A DNA stretch of 64,000 nucleotides from Myxococcota bacterium (GTDB lineage Bacteria > Myxococcota_A > Polyangia > Nannocystales > Nannocystaceae). The notes under the pieces were generated by a model. It was given only the letters and a program-made list of their open reading frames with translations, searched no databases and had not been told where the DNA came from. Of this stretch, positions 1 through 9,646 are shown piece by piece (the first letter of the stretch is position 1; each line of letters begins with the position of its first letter). A program made the position numbers and the translations under genes. Location: positions 32,001 through 96,000 of the forward strand of contig JBCCHT010000016.1 in assembly GCA_039028615.1 (NCBI GenBank), in the 5' to 3' direction.

Positions 1-1105
1 GAGCGGGGATACCGATGCCGCTTCGAGCAGCGGTGAGCCGTCGGAAGACTCCTCGGGTGCCGCCACGCCCGGCGCCACGACCAGCGTGACTCCGCCCGCT
101 CCGGGGACGACCACCGGCCTCGATTCCGGCACCACCGCGGCGGCCGAAGAGACCTCCATGAGCGAGGTCGAGACCGGTGAGCCCCCGCTGTTCGACCTCG
201 GCGTCATTCCCGACATGCCGGACGAGCCGCCGCCCGTGAAGCCCGAGTTCGACTGCTCGACGGTGCCGGACCAGTTCGTCTCGTTCCAGCACATCCCGGG
301 CGCGCGCGGCTACCACGGCCTCGCCATCGACGAAAATGGCCTCGCCATCGGCAGTGACGGCAACTCGCTGATCCAGTCCACCTACGATGGCATGTGGAAC
401 CTGTTCATCCCGGGCATCGGCGCGGGCCAGCAGATGGACTGGCTCGCCGATGGCGACCTGGCCTACGCCACCCAGGACGGCGCCATCACGCGGATTCGGT
501 CCGACGCCACCACCGAGATCATCCAGCCGGGCATCAACGCCTACGGCGTCGTGCGGGGCCCCGACGACATGATCTACGTGACCGCCAACAACGGCAGCGG
601 GATCTCGCGCATCGACCCCATGACGGGTGCCACCGAGCTCATCATGCCGGGCAACGGCATCAACATGCACTCGATGAACTTCAACGCCGAGGGCGACCGA
701 ATCTACGTCGGCACCATCGGTGACGGCACCGCCTACTACATCGACCTCGATGCCTCCATGGACCCGGTGGGCGGCCCGCAGGTCTTGAGCGAGAACGTCG
801 GCAACGGCAACTGCTGGCACGATGCCGTGGCCGTCGACCTGTGCGGCTACATCTACATCCCCGATTTCTGGAGCCGCAACCTGTATCGCATCGCTCCGAA
901 CGGCGACACCGTCGTGTTCTGGGATCCCGCCGACAACGGCGACTACGCCCACGGCTTGGCCTGGGGTACGGGTGAATACGACTGGAACGAGGAAGCGCTG
1001 TACTTCCCGCAGCCGTACAACAACAACAATGTCGGCGAGGTCGTCGTCGGGGTACCGCCGCACTACTGGCCGGCCATTCCGATCAACCTGCCGCCGAGCA
1101 TGTGA
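1..1105 (+). CDS. 5'-truncated exported protein with S/T/G-rich linker and SMP-30/gluconolactonase-like beta-propeller
   Basis: The frame is open from position 2 (SGDTDAASSSGEPSED...). A low-complexity linker is followed by propeller-like blades (GLAIDENG, GVVRGPDDMIYV, DAVAVDLCGYIYI). Confidence 0.7.
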   Translation, partial: SGDTDAASSSGEPSEDSSGAATPGATTSVTPPAPGTTTGLDSGTTAAAEETSMSEVETGEPPLFDLGVIPDMPDEPPPVKPEFDCSTVPDQFVSFQHIPGARGYHGLAIDENGLAIGSDGNSLIQSTYDGMWNLFIPGIGAGQQMDWLADGDLAYATQDGAITRIRSDATTEIIQPGINAYGVVRGPDDMIYVTANNGSGISRIDPMTGATELIMPGNGINMHSMNFNAEGDRIYVGTIGDGTAYYIDLDASMDPVGGPQVLSENVGNGNCWHDAVAVDLCGYIYIPDFWSRNLYRIAPNGDTVVFWDPADNGDYAHGLAWGTGEYDWNEEALYFPQPYNNNNVGEVVVGVPPHYWPAIPINLPPSM

Positions 1106-1137
1106 GCGGCTCCGGCCCTCCTGACGAGAGCACCTTC

Positions 1138-2184
1138 ATGGATTTCGACTTCAAGCTCACCTGGGCCCTCGCGCTCAGCCTCCCCGTGCTCGCCTGTGGC
1201 ACCACGCCGGCCAGCGGCGACGACGAGTCGAGCTCGGCCGCCGACGCGACGGCGGGCACCCCCATGGCCGAGACCTCGACGCCAACATCGCCTCCGGGCA
1301 CCACGGGCAGCGCCACGCCGCCCGCCGACAGCGGTGGCACCACCAGCCTGCCCGGTGATTCGTCCGAGGGCGAAGAAGACGACCCCACCAACCCACCCGT
1401 GTTCGACCAGGGCGTCATTCCCGACGCCCCGCCCATCGACACCGAGTGCACCAAGGTCGACTTCCTGTTCATCATCGACAACAGCAGCAGCATGGCGACC
1501 TACCAGGCCAACCTGGTCGCCAACTTCCCCGCCTTCATCAATGGCATCCAGGGGTCGCTCGATACGGCCGACTCCTATCACGTCGGCGTCATCACGACCG
1601 ACGAGTACGGCTTCAACGTGGCCGGCTGCACGGATCTGTCGTCCCTCGTCGTCCAGACTGGCGGCTCGAACTCCAGCAGCAGCGTCTGCGGTCCGTTCAC
1701 CGACGGCGGCAACTTCATGACCCACAACGACGACCTCGAGGCGGCCTTCAGCTGTGCCGCCCAGGTCGGTACCTCCGGGGACGGCAACGAGCGCCCCATG
1801 CAGGCCTTGGTCGAGGCCGTCCAGGGTCTCGAGGCGGGGCCGGGCGGGTGCAACCAAGGGTTCCTGCGCGAGGATTCGTTGTTGGTCGTCGTGAACATCG
1901 GCGACGAGTCCGACAACTCGCCCGGGACGCCCATGGACTGGTACGACGCCGTCGTGGCGGCGCGCTCGGGGATTCCCGAGAACGTCGTCATACTGTCGAT
2001 CATCGATGGCCCGGGCAACCCGTGTGGGTTCGGTCAGTCCGCCGCGCGCCAGGCCTTCACCGCGCTGTGGGGCGACAACGGCTTCGAGGTGCCCATCTGC
2101 ATCGCGGACTACGAGCCCTACTTCCTCGATGCGATCGACGTCGTCGACGTCGCGTGCGAGAACTACATCCCGCCCGCGGGATGA
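1138..2184 (+). CDS. vWA-domain lipoprotein (myxobacterial type)
   Basis: Lipobox VLAC, S/T-rich linker, MIDAS-type VDFLFIIDNSSSM and GFLREDSLLVVV motif. ATG 1138 preferred over GTG 1102. Confidence 0.8.
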   Translation: MDFDFKLTWALALSLPVLACGTTPASGDDESSSAADATAGTPMAETSTPTSPPGTTGSATPPADSGGTTSLPGDSSEGEEDDPTNPPVFDQGVIPDAPPIDTECTKVDFLFIIDNSSSMATYQANLVANFPAFINGIQGSLDTADSYHVGVITTDEYGFNVAGCTDLSSLVVQTGGSNSSSSVCGPFTDGGNFMTHNDDLEAAFSCAAQVGTSGDGNERPMQALVEAVQGLEAGPGGCNQGFLREDSLLVVVNIGDESDNSPGTPMDWYDAVVAARSGIPENVVILSIIDGPGNPCGFGQSAARQAFTALWGDNGFEVPICIADYEPYFLDAIDVVDVACENYIPPAG

Positions 2185-2294
2185 TGGCTGGGCTCCAGGC
2201 GGAGCCCCCAGTGTTCGGCGTAGGTCGCCCCCGGTGGTTTCCCCGGGGGCGCTCTTGCGTCGGGTCGTCGCCGTTCCGCCCGCCGTGGCTCGGG

Positions 2295-3053
2295 CTAGCG
2301 CAGCGAGCTCGGGGGCATCCGGGTGCCTTCCCAGTCTTCGTACTCGGGCTGCCGCCATCCGTCGGCGTCGTCCCACTCGGCGCGCAGTCGGTCGACGGGG
2401 TAGTCCTTCTCGGCGCAGCGGTTCCAGTTCTGCTCGTAGAGTTCGAGTGCGTGGTCGGGGCCTTTCACGAGCACACGACGTCGACCGTAGGGGCAGTCAC
2501 CGTTTTCGAACTCCTCGTCGAACTCGATCGCGGCGAGCGAGCGCAGGGCCGGTCCCTCGGTGGTGTAGATGTGGAGATCGCTGCTCGTTTCGGTGATGCC
2601 CTGGCTGCCGTCACGTCGCGTGCCCGCAACCTCGAACGCGGCGATGAGCACGAGGTCCGCGCTGGCCCGCGGCGAGAGATCGTGGAGTCCAAAGTGTTCT
2701 ACGCTCGCGACGCAACGTTCATCGATGTCCTCGTGGCTGATCAGGGCGCCGTCGTCATCGAAGCGGGCGAGACCCAAGGTCGGGCACGGGGCGGTATGCG
2801 GGGTATCGTCGGACCGACCATAGCCGTAGGCGACGACGAATCCGCGGGGCAGCGTCAACGACTCGAGGACCCTCACCTCGGCCTGGTGCAGGGCGACGAG
2901 CTGCTCCGAGGGCGATCGCGAGCCGTCCGAGTTCGCCGCTTCGACCCCATTCGATACCGATGCGGGCACGGGTGGCTCCGGGCTCGACGTGGGGCGGCAG
3001 CCCGCCGCACCGCAGGCGATGCCCGCGACGAGCACCCGGGACACCGAGAACAT
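2295..3053 (-). CDS. hypothetical lipoprotein
   Basis: Hydrophobic N-terminus ending in AAGC; globular-looking composition; no family recognised. Confidence 0.6.
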   Translation of the reverse strand: MFSVSRVLVAGIACGAAGCRPTSSPEPPVPASVSNGVEAANSDGSRSPSEQLVALHQAEVRVLESLTLPRGFVVAYGYGRSDDTPHTAPCPTLGLARFDDDGALISHEDIDERCVASVEHFGLHDLSPRASADLVLIAAFEVAGTRRDGSQGITETSSDLHIYTTEGPALRSLAAIEFDEEFENGDCPYGRRRVLVKGPDHALELYEQNWNRCAEKDYPVDRLRAEWDDADGWRQPEYEDWEGTRMPPSSLR

Positions 3054-3254
3054 GACCCGAGCGTATCACCCGGTGTCGATTGCTTGCCGGGGCCCGAGCC
3101 GTAGTGTCGCTCGCGGGCGAACCGGGCGCGCTCGTTGGGCGGCATCCAAGAACCGCGCCCAGTAGCTCCTGCTCGGTCATGATGGGGTCAGCCTCGCACC
3201 CGCGAGGGCCGGCTGCATGACGCGGAAACCTGCGGCGTATAGCGCCGCAGGAGC

Positions 3255-4205
3255 CTACTCGGTCTTCTTCGGGGCCCAGCACTTGTAGCCGAGCTTGGCG
3301 GTCTTCTTCGTCTTGACCTTCTTGCCGTCGGCGAAGTCGGTCTCGTTGAGCGTGATGCCCGTGACGTTGCCGACCTCGTCGTAGCGATAGTCGAAGCGGC
3401 GGTCGACCTTGCCGTCGGCGCCGTGGTCTTCGTCGATGCGGGTCACTCGACCCTCGTCGTCGTAGCGGAGCGAGACCTTCACGGCCGGACCCTCGATGGG
3501 CTCCTTGATTGTCGCCTTGCGAACGAGGCCGTCCTTGATGTCGAGCTTGATGTCGTCCTTGGCGGCGTAGAGCGGGTATCCGGGCGCGATGCCGGTGAAG
3601 GCGGGCAGGGTGATGAGCGTGATCTCCTGCTTCTTGCTCGGCTCGCTGCGCTGGTCGGTATAGGTCGCGGTGGCGAGGTTGGCCGACTCGTCGTACGTGG
3701 GCGAGATGATCGCGTCGGTGTCCTTGTCGCAGCCTTCGTCGACGCTGACCTTGTGGGTGCGCGAGTCCTTGGTCCAGAAGCGAGCGCAGACGTCGTTGCT
3801 GCCGTCGTTGTCGCCGTCGATGCGGAGCCAGCCGCTGTCGCCGTCTTTGGCGTAGCGGAAGCGCAGCACGGGACCCTTGCTCCACCGCACGTAGCAGGGG
3901 CCGTCGTAGACGGGCGTGGGCTCGGCCTCGCCACCCGTCTCGCCCCCGGTACCGCCGCTGTCGCCGACCTCGCCCACGGTGGCGACCTCGTCGGTGTCTT
4001 CGTCGGCCCAGCCCTCGGTGTCGAAGGGGTCGGCCATGGTCGTGCCCCCCGCGGCTGCGCCGGAGCTGCCCGAAGGCGCGGGCGCCTTGGTCTCGGTCTT
4101 GGTCTCCGCCTTGGGCGGCGGGGTCTTGGCGGGCGGAGGTTGTTCCGAGCCGCCGCACGCGACGGCGGCCAGGCCGAGGAGGAGGACGGGGCGGGAGATC
4201 GTCAT
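3255..4205 (-). CDS. lipoprotein with YD/RHS-like beta-hairpin repeats
   Basis: MTISRPVLLLGLAAVAC lipobox; repeats YDDEGRV and YRYDEVGNV; DxDxDG-like loops. Start overlaps the radical SAM stop (ATGA, 4202-4205). Confidence 0.7.
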   Translation of the reverse strand: MTISRPVLLLGLAAVACGGSEQPPPAKTPPPKAETKTETKAPAPSGSSGAAAGGTTMADPFDTEGWADEDTDEVATVGEVGDSGGTGGETGGEAEPTPVYDGPCYVRWSKGPVLRFRYAKDGDSGWLRIDGDNDGSNDVCARFWTKDSRTHKVSVDEGCDKDTDAIISPTYDESANLATATYTDQRSEPSKKQEITLITLPAFTGIAPGYPLYAAKDDIKLDIKDGLVRKATIKEPIEGPAVKVSLRYDDEGRVTRIDEDHGADGKVDRRFDYRYDEVGNVTGITLNETDFADGKKVKTKKTAKLGYKCWAPKKTE

Positions 4206-6004
4206 GGTTCGGGGGGCGCCTGGGTGACGGGCTGCAGTTCGTCCCAGCCGTACATCGTGGCGTACGCGCGGCGTAGGCCGAAGCAGCGGGGTTGTAGCAC
4301 ACATCGGGTGCAGGGGGCGGGTTTGACGAACTCGCCGCCGTCGTAGCCGGAGGGGAGCTGGGCCAACGAGAAGAACTCGCGGAGATCGCCGGGCACGAGG
4401 CACAGGGGCAGGCCGCACATGGAGTCGAACCCACCGACCGACAGGCCGTGGCGGCGCGCGAGCGCGAGGCCCCGTTGCAGAGCGGGGATGACGTCGCGGT
4501 AGCGGGGGACGAGCCAGGGCTGACGGGGCACGAGGTCGGTGGACATGCCAACGAACGAGACGGTGATCTCGACCTGGGGCCAGCGATCGGCGACGAGCTG
4601 CACGAAGTCGGGAAACTGCTCCCGGTTGAGCTCGCAGAACACGAAGTTGAGGTGGATCCGCACCGGGGTGGCGGCGAGGGCATCGATGCCGGCCACGCTG
4701 CGGTCGAAGGTTCCGGGCGCGTCGGTGACTCGATCGCTGACCTCGGCGGTGGCTCCGTGCAGCGAGATGAACGCGAAGTCGAGGCCGGCGTCGCACAAGG
4801 TCTGGCAATACCCGGGCGCGTCGAGGCGCGTGGCGTTGGTCTGCAGCTCCACCTCGCTGGCCCCGCGGTCCTTGCCGCGACGGATGTACTCGGGCAAGCG
4901 GGGATCGAGGGTGGGCTCGCCTCCGGAGAGCACGAGCACGCCGCCCTGGTCGGCGATCTCGTCGATGGCGGCCTCGACCTGCGCGACGGCGGGGGCCGGC
5001 AGGTGGGTCGAGACGAAGCAGAAGTGACAGGCCTGGTTGCAGCGAAAGCCGATGCGGACGACGTGGGAGGGGACGGTGCTGCCGTCGGGGCGGCGCAGGA
5101 TCTCGCGGGTGACCAGCTCGCGCTCGATCTGAGCGGTCGGCGATTCGATGACGGTCAGCCGACGGCGTAGTCGTTCATTGGTGATGGGGCGGGCGACGGT
5201 CTCGGGAAGATCCTCGGGCAGGCCGGGGCAGCGGTCGCGGACGGCACACTCGGCGCAGGCGTCCGGCCGACGGTAGCCGGAGCGCTCGGCCCCTCCGCTG
5301 GTGAGCGCGTAGATCGACGCGATGTGGCTCGGTCGCTCGAACAGGCAGGGCGGCAGGTACGTGCCCGCGTCGAGCGAGATCGGCAACGCGTGGGCCCGGG
5401 CTTGGTGAACCAGCGCTTGGGTGGTGGCCACCATCGCGTCGAGCGGGGCGAGAGCGGAGGGGTCGGGGGCGCTCCGCGGCAGGCGGATCCACAAGCGCTG
5501 CAGCTCGATGCCCGCGTCGCTGAGCTGGGCGGGGAGCAGGGGCAAGCTCTCGAGGTTGTCGCGCACGACCGGGCTGCAGCCCTCGATGTCGATGCCGGCT
5601 TCTTGCAAGGCGAGCAGACCGCGCTGGGTCGCCGCGGCGCCGCCGGGGTCACGGGTGATCGCGTCGAGTCGTGGGCCCCACGCGGGCAAGTGGACGCGTG
5701 CGGCATCGAGACCGGCATCCGCGAGCGCTCGGGCCAGGCGCGAGTCGATCAGGGCGGCGTTCGTCTCGAGCACGACGCGTGAGCCCTGGGCCGTCGCTCC
5801 GCGCACGATGTTGGGAAGATCGGGGCGCCGCGTCGGCTCGCCTCCGGTCAGCAGGACCTCGGTCCCTTGCTCTCGAGCTTCGGCGAGGCGCGCCCGAATG
5901 GCACTGGAACTCGCGATCGACACGCGCTCGTGAGGGCGCCGTGCATTGCAGAACCGACACGCCTGGTTGCAGGTCTCGTTGGTGACGACCCGGGCGACCC
6001 GCAC
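4202..6004 (-). CDS. tandem double radical SAM protein, each half with a C-terminal CxxC-x5-C auxiliary motif (Hxs-maturase-like)
   Basis: Two CxxxCxxC motifs (CNQACRFC, CNQACHFC), two GGEPT, two (E/Q)TNA, plus CAECAVRDRCPG and CTRCVLQPRCFG. Start uncertain (GTG 6004 or 6019). Confidence 0.9.
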   Translation of the reverse strand: MRVARVVTNETCNQACRFCNARRPHERVSIASSSAIRARLAEAREQGTEVLLTGGEPTRRPDLPNIVRGATAQGSRVVLETNAALIDSRLARALADAGLDAARVHLPAWGPRLDAITRDPGGAAATQRGLLALQEAGIDIEGCSPVVRDNLESLPLLPAQLSDAGIELQRLWIRLPRSAPDPSALAPLDAMVATTQALVHQARAHALPISLDAGTYLPPCLFERPSHIASIYALTSGGAERSGYRRPDACAECAVRDRCPGLPEDLPETVARPITNERLRRRLTVIESPTAQIERELVTREILRRPDGSTVPSHVVRIGFRCNQACHFCFVSTHLPAPAVAQVEAAIDEIADQGGVLVLSGGEPTLDPRLPEYIRRGKDRGASEVELQTNATRLDAPGYCQTLCDAGLDFAFISLHGATAEVSDRVTDAPGTFDRSVAGIDALAATPVRIHLNFVFCELNREQFPDFVQLVADRWPQVEITVSFVGMSTDLVPRQPWLVPRYRDVIPALQRGLALARRHGLSVGGFDSMCGLPLCLVPGDLREFFSLAQLPSGYDGGEFVKPAPCTRCVLQPRCFGLRRAYATMYGWDELQPVTQAPPEP

Positions 6005-6111
6005 CCGGTCAGGATACACGGTGGGACTCGGCACGGGAAAATCTCGCGACGCCGTTTGCAGGCCGTCGCACATTGCGGTTTGGGCCTCGAGCGCCGTGCT
6101 ACGGTCGATTC

Positions 6112-7086
6112 ATGCCGCGTCGATGGTGGGGTCTCGTGGGCGTGGTGGCGCTGGCCATCGGTGGCTGCGGTGATGACTCCAACGCCACGCCCGGCACGGG
6201 GGCGACGGGCACCGTGTCGACGGGCGGGTCCGTCGAAGTGACCACCACGGGGGCGCCGTCGGGGTCCAGCGGCCAGGTGGAGGGGTCGAGCACGACGAGC
6301 GGTTCGTCGTCGCGGGCCGATCCCGACGGCACGAGCAGCAGCAGCAGCAGCGGCGGCGACCCGGAGTTCTGGCAGCCGGAGCCCGGCATCTCCTGGCAGT
6401 GGCAGCTCGTCGGGACCGTCGACACCTCCATCGACGTCGCCGTGTACGACATCGACCTGTTCGACGTTCCTCAGGAAACCATCGACGCGCTGCACGCCGA
6501 TGGTCGGGTCGTCATCTGCTACTTCAGCGCGGGGAGCTACGAGCAGTGGCGCGAGGATGCCGACCAGTTCCCTGCGGCGGCCATCGGTGACCCCCTCGAC
6601 GGGTGGCCCGGTGAGGCGTGGCTCGACCACCGCGATCCGACCATTCGCACGATCATGCAGGCGCGCCTCGACCTCGCGGTGACGAAGGACTGTGATGCGG
6701 TGGAGCCGGACAACGTCGATGGGTACACGAACCCGACCGGCTTCGACCTCGGCGCGGCAGACCAGCTCGACTACAACCGCTTCCTCGCCGCCGAGGCGCA
6801 TGCGCGGGGCCTGTCGATCGGCCTGAAGAACGACGTGGACCAGGTCGCGGAGCTCGTCGACGACTTCGACTGGGCGCTCAACGAAGAGTGCGTGAGCTAC
6901 CGCGAGTGCGGGACGAAGTCTCCGTTCATCCAGCAGGGCAAGGCGGTGTTTCACGTCGAGTATGTCGACGACCCCGCCGAGGGCCCGGGGCTCGCCGAGC
7001 AGGTCTGCCCGCAGACGACGGGCCTCGGCTTTTCCACCCTGATCAAGGAGTGGGACCTGACGCCGTGGCGCCTCGCGTGCGATTGA
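6112..7086 (+). CDS. GH114 endo-alpha-1,4-polygalactosaminidase-family lipoprotein
   Basis: Lipobox IGGC; WQWQL, YDIDLFD, ICYFSAGSYE, VEPDNVDGY, GLKND and NEEC motifs. Confidence 0.9.
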   Translation: MPRRWWGLVGVVALAIGGCGDDSNATPGTGATGTVSTGGSVEVTTTGAPSGSSGQVEGSSTTSGSSSRADPDGTSSSSSSGGDPEFWQPEPGISWQWQLVGTVDTSIDVAVYDIDLFDVPQETIDALHADGRVVICYFSAGSYEQWREDADQFPAAAIGDPLDGWPGEAWLDHRDPTIRTIMQARLDLAVTKDCDAVEPDNVDGYTNPTGFDLGAADQLDYNRFLAAEAHARGLSIGLKNDVDQVAELVDDFDWALNEECVSYRECGTKSPFIQQGKAVFHVEYVDDPAEGPGLAEQVCPQTTGLGFSTLIKEWDLTPWRLACD

Positions 7087-7190
7087 GGCTCACGAGCGCT
7101 GTTCTCGGTCGTTCCCGAGCTTCTTGCGCCTGAATTCGCCCTCGCCACGGCCCACGGCCGAGCCGCGCAGGAAAAAAATGCGAGGGTCGA

Positions 7191-7216
7191 TGACGGGAAT
7201 GCGCGGGGCCGGAGAA
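7191..7216 (+). promoter_or_regulatory. putative ECF promoter, module 1 (TGACnGnAA...GGCCGGAGAA)
   Basis: TGACGGGAATGCGCGGGGCCGGAGAA matches 9688-9663(-) with identical spacing and ends 20 nt before ATG 7237. Confidence 0.7.
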
Positions 7217-7236
7217 GAGGGCGTAGGAGACCATCA

Positions 7237-8328
7237 ATGGCTTATTTTGCTCGACACTCTCTACTCTTGCTTTCCATGGGGGCGGCGGCATGCATCGCCC
7301 CGGTGACGATTGGCGGCAATCCCGTCGACTCGGACTCGGACTCCGACTCGGGCGTGGACACGGACGACCCCGTGCTCACCACCGGAGAGCCGCCCGCCGA
7401 GACGGAAGACGTTCCCGCCAACGCGTGCCCCGACAGCCCGGAAGACTACGCCTGCACCGTGCCTACGACCTGCAACGGCTTTTGCGGGGGCATGGGGTCG
7501 GAATACGACGCCGACGGCTGCCTGCGCTCGCGATGCAGCATCGATGACGACTGCGCCGACGGCCGTACCTGCGTCCGCTTGGGCGACTGGGGCGGTGGTG
7601 CGCCGAGCTCGACCTTCTGCGAGATGTCCGAAGGTGAGTGCGTCTGCGGCGGGACGGCCGACGGCAACGTCGACATCCGGGTCTGCATCCCGGACGAGGA
7701 GATCCCCGAGTTCGACCCCGCCGTGTGCTCGGAGCTCGGCTCGGGCGCGTCGTTTTCGTGGGTCGTGGGCGAAGTGACGGCCGGGGAATCGACGTGCACC
7801 GTGCTCGCGGTCGGCGACATGCTCGACATGGCGTGCACGGGCGCCATCGAAGGCGACGTGACCTTGGCGCTCGCGGCCGGCATCGATCTGTTCGCAGTTG
7901 ATGACGTGATCGCGCTGGACTACCGCGTGGACACCCCGGGCAAGTGGACCGACCAATGGGTCAAGCTCCAGGTCGACGGGAAGATCGGAGCGCAGGTCGT
8001 GGCCGCGCAGACCTCGAACCTCGCGCCCTCGGGCGAAAGCGCGGGCTGGCTCACCGACGGGTCCTACGAGCTGAGCCTCGCGGAGGCCACCTGCCCCTAT
8101 ACGGCTTGCGACGGCGTGATCTCGGACTTCGGGCTGCGACCCATCGCGCTGCGAGCGGGTCAGGGCGAGAACTTCGAGGACTTCTGGCCCGGAGAGGCGG
8201 GGCCGGTGCCGGGCAAGTTCGGCGGTGTGTCCCCCGACATTTCCGTGCTGGAGATGCGCGAGGGGAGCTGCTTTCTCGATCAGCCCCCGCAGTGGTTGTC
8301 CTTCGTGATCGTTCGCGAGGGCTTCTAG
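7237..8328 (+). CDS. Cys-rich lipoprotein, putative target of module-1 ECF
   Basis: Lipobox AAAC, acidic linker, many Cys residues, RBS AGGAG. Confidence 0.75.
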   Translation: MAYFARHSLLLLSMGAAACIAPVTIGGNPVDSDSDSDSGVDTDDPVLTTGEPPAETEDVPANACPDSPEDYACTVPTTCNGFCGGMGSEYDADGCLRSRCSIDDDCADGRTCVRLGDWGGGAPSSTFCEMSEGECVCGGTADGNVDIRVCIPDEEIPEFDPAVCSELGSGASFSWVVGEVTAGESTCTVLAVGDMLDMACTGAIEGDVTLALAAGIDLFAVDDVIALDYRVDTPGKWTDQWVKLQVDGKIGAQVVAAQTSNLAPSGESAGWLTDGSYELSLAEATCPYTACDGVISDFGLRPIALRAGQGENFEDFWPGEAGPVPGKFGGVSPDISVLEMREGSCFLDQPPQWLSFVIVREGF

Positions 8329-8356
8329 CTCCTCGTGCGCGGGGTGGTCCCGGGCC

Positions 8357-9646
8357 TCACGGTGGAGGCTCGGGACAGCCGTGCGCCAAACTGGTGGCGA
8401 TCGCCGAGCGGGGAAAGGCCCGGCGGAGCGCATCGGCTTGCTCGCGCGCGGAGGCTCGGTCGCCCGATTCACACAGTGCTTTGACGGCCGTGGCCTGACC
8501 GGCGTCGGCCAGCGTGCCATGGGGGAAGCGGCGCGCGTACTCGGTGAGGATCGACAGCGCTTCCCGGGGGCGGTCGGCGGCGAGCGAGGTCCGAGCGCGT
8601 TCGATGAGCTGCAGTTCTTCCTCGACGCTCGATGGGGTCGACGCTCCGGCGAGTGTTTGCACGGGTACGGGATCCGGCAGCTCGCCCGTGTTCGGTGGTG
8701 TGGAAGGGGAGGGACGCACCGTGGGAGAAGGCCGAGCAGACGCCGTCTTGCGCACGGGCGGTCGCGGGACGGCGGTCGGTTCGACGACGGTCGGCATTGC
8801 GCTGGGCTCGGGGGCGACGACGGCCGATGGCGCGGTCGGGGCCGATGGGGCGCGGGGCTCGTCAGCGTCGGCCACATTGGCCGGAGGTGACGCAGCGCGG
8901 TCCGAGTCTCGGGACCCCGGGGCCGCGATCAACACGCCCACCAACGCGACGCTGACGGTCGCGGCGACGCCGATCGCTTGGGCCACGCTCGCACTCGGAC
9001 GCGCGGAGGCGGCGACCGGGGTCCACGGGGCTCGAAGCAGCGGCACGAGGGCCACCCAACCTCGCTGCACGCGGGTTTCCGAGGGTCGACTGGCGGCGCG
9101 TTGCTGCGCCAGCGCATGGTCGACCGCCGTCGCCGACTCGGCCAACGCCTCGAGCCGACCTCGCACCGTGCGGATGCGGGAGTACGCCGTGTTGACCGGG
9201 ATCCCGAGCTCGGCCGCGATCTCGGGCCCGCTCATGCCCAGCACCTCCGCCATCACGATCAATCGCCGCTGTGCGGGGCTCAGCTGCTCGAGCAGCTCGC
9301 GCGCCTGTCGGGCGGCATCGTGGCCGGGGTACGGATCGTCGGGCGCCGGGGCATGGTCGGCGAGGGCCGCCGCTCGCCGGGCGGTTCGGGCCGCGCTGCG
9401 TCGGTAGCGAAAGGCCACCCGCCGCGTCACCCCGTAGAGCCAACCCCGCGGCGAGACCTCCCACCGCAGCTCGTCGAGGCGCCGATGGGCGGTGATGAAC
9501 ACGTCTTGCACCACATCGTCGACGGCCGCGGGCGGAGAGCACTGCCGCGCCACGGCCCACACGAAGGGCGCATGGGTCCGGTACAGCCGCTCGAAGCGCT
9601 CGAGCGGGGGTCCAGGCGGGGGTGAAGACGTGGAGGAGCGCGACAC
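8357..9646 (-). CDS. ECF sigma factor fused to anti-sigma-like TM, Pro-rich linker and helical TPR-like domain
   Basis: sigma2 VDDVVQDVF...GWLYGV; sigma4 EIAAELGIPVNTAYSRI; TM VAATVSVALVGVLIAA; C-terminal YARRFPHGTL...ALC resembles 12340-13083. Confidence 0.9.
   Translation of the reverse strand: MSRSSTSSPPPGPPLERFERLYRTHAPFVWAVARQCSPPAAVDDVVQDVFITAHRRLDELRWEVSPRGWLYGVTRRVAFRYRRSAARTARRAAALADHAPAPDDPYPGHDAARQARELLEQLSPAQRRLIVMAEVLGMSGPEIAAELGIPVNTAYSRIRTVRGRLEALAESATAVDHALAQQRAASRPSETRVQRGWVALVPLLRAPWTPVAASARPSASVAQAIGVAATVSVALVGVLIAAPGSRDSDRAASPPANVADADEPRAPSAPTAPSAVVAPEPSAMPTVVEPTAVPRPPVRKTASARPSPTVRPSPSTPPNTGELPDPVPVQTLAGASTPSSVEEELQLIERARTSLAADRPREALSILTEYARRFPHGTLADAGQATAVKALCESGDRASAREQADALRRAFPRSAIATSLAHGCPEPPP

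Noticed and set aside
3255..3900. RHS toxin
   Set aside because: It has only a few YD-like hairpins, no RHS core or PxxxxDPxG cleavage motif, and no toxin/immunity pair.
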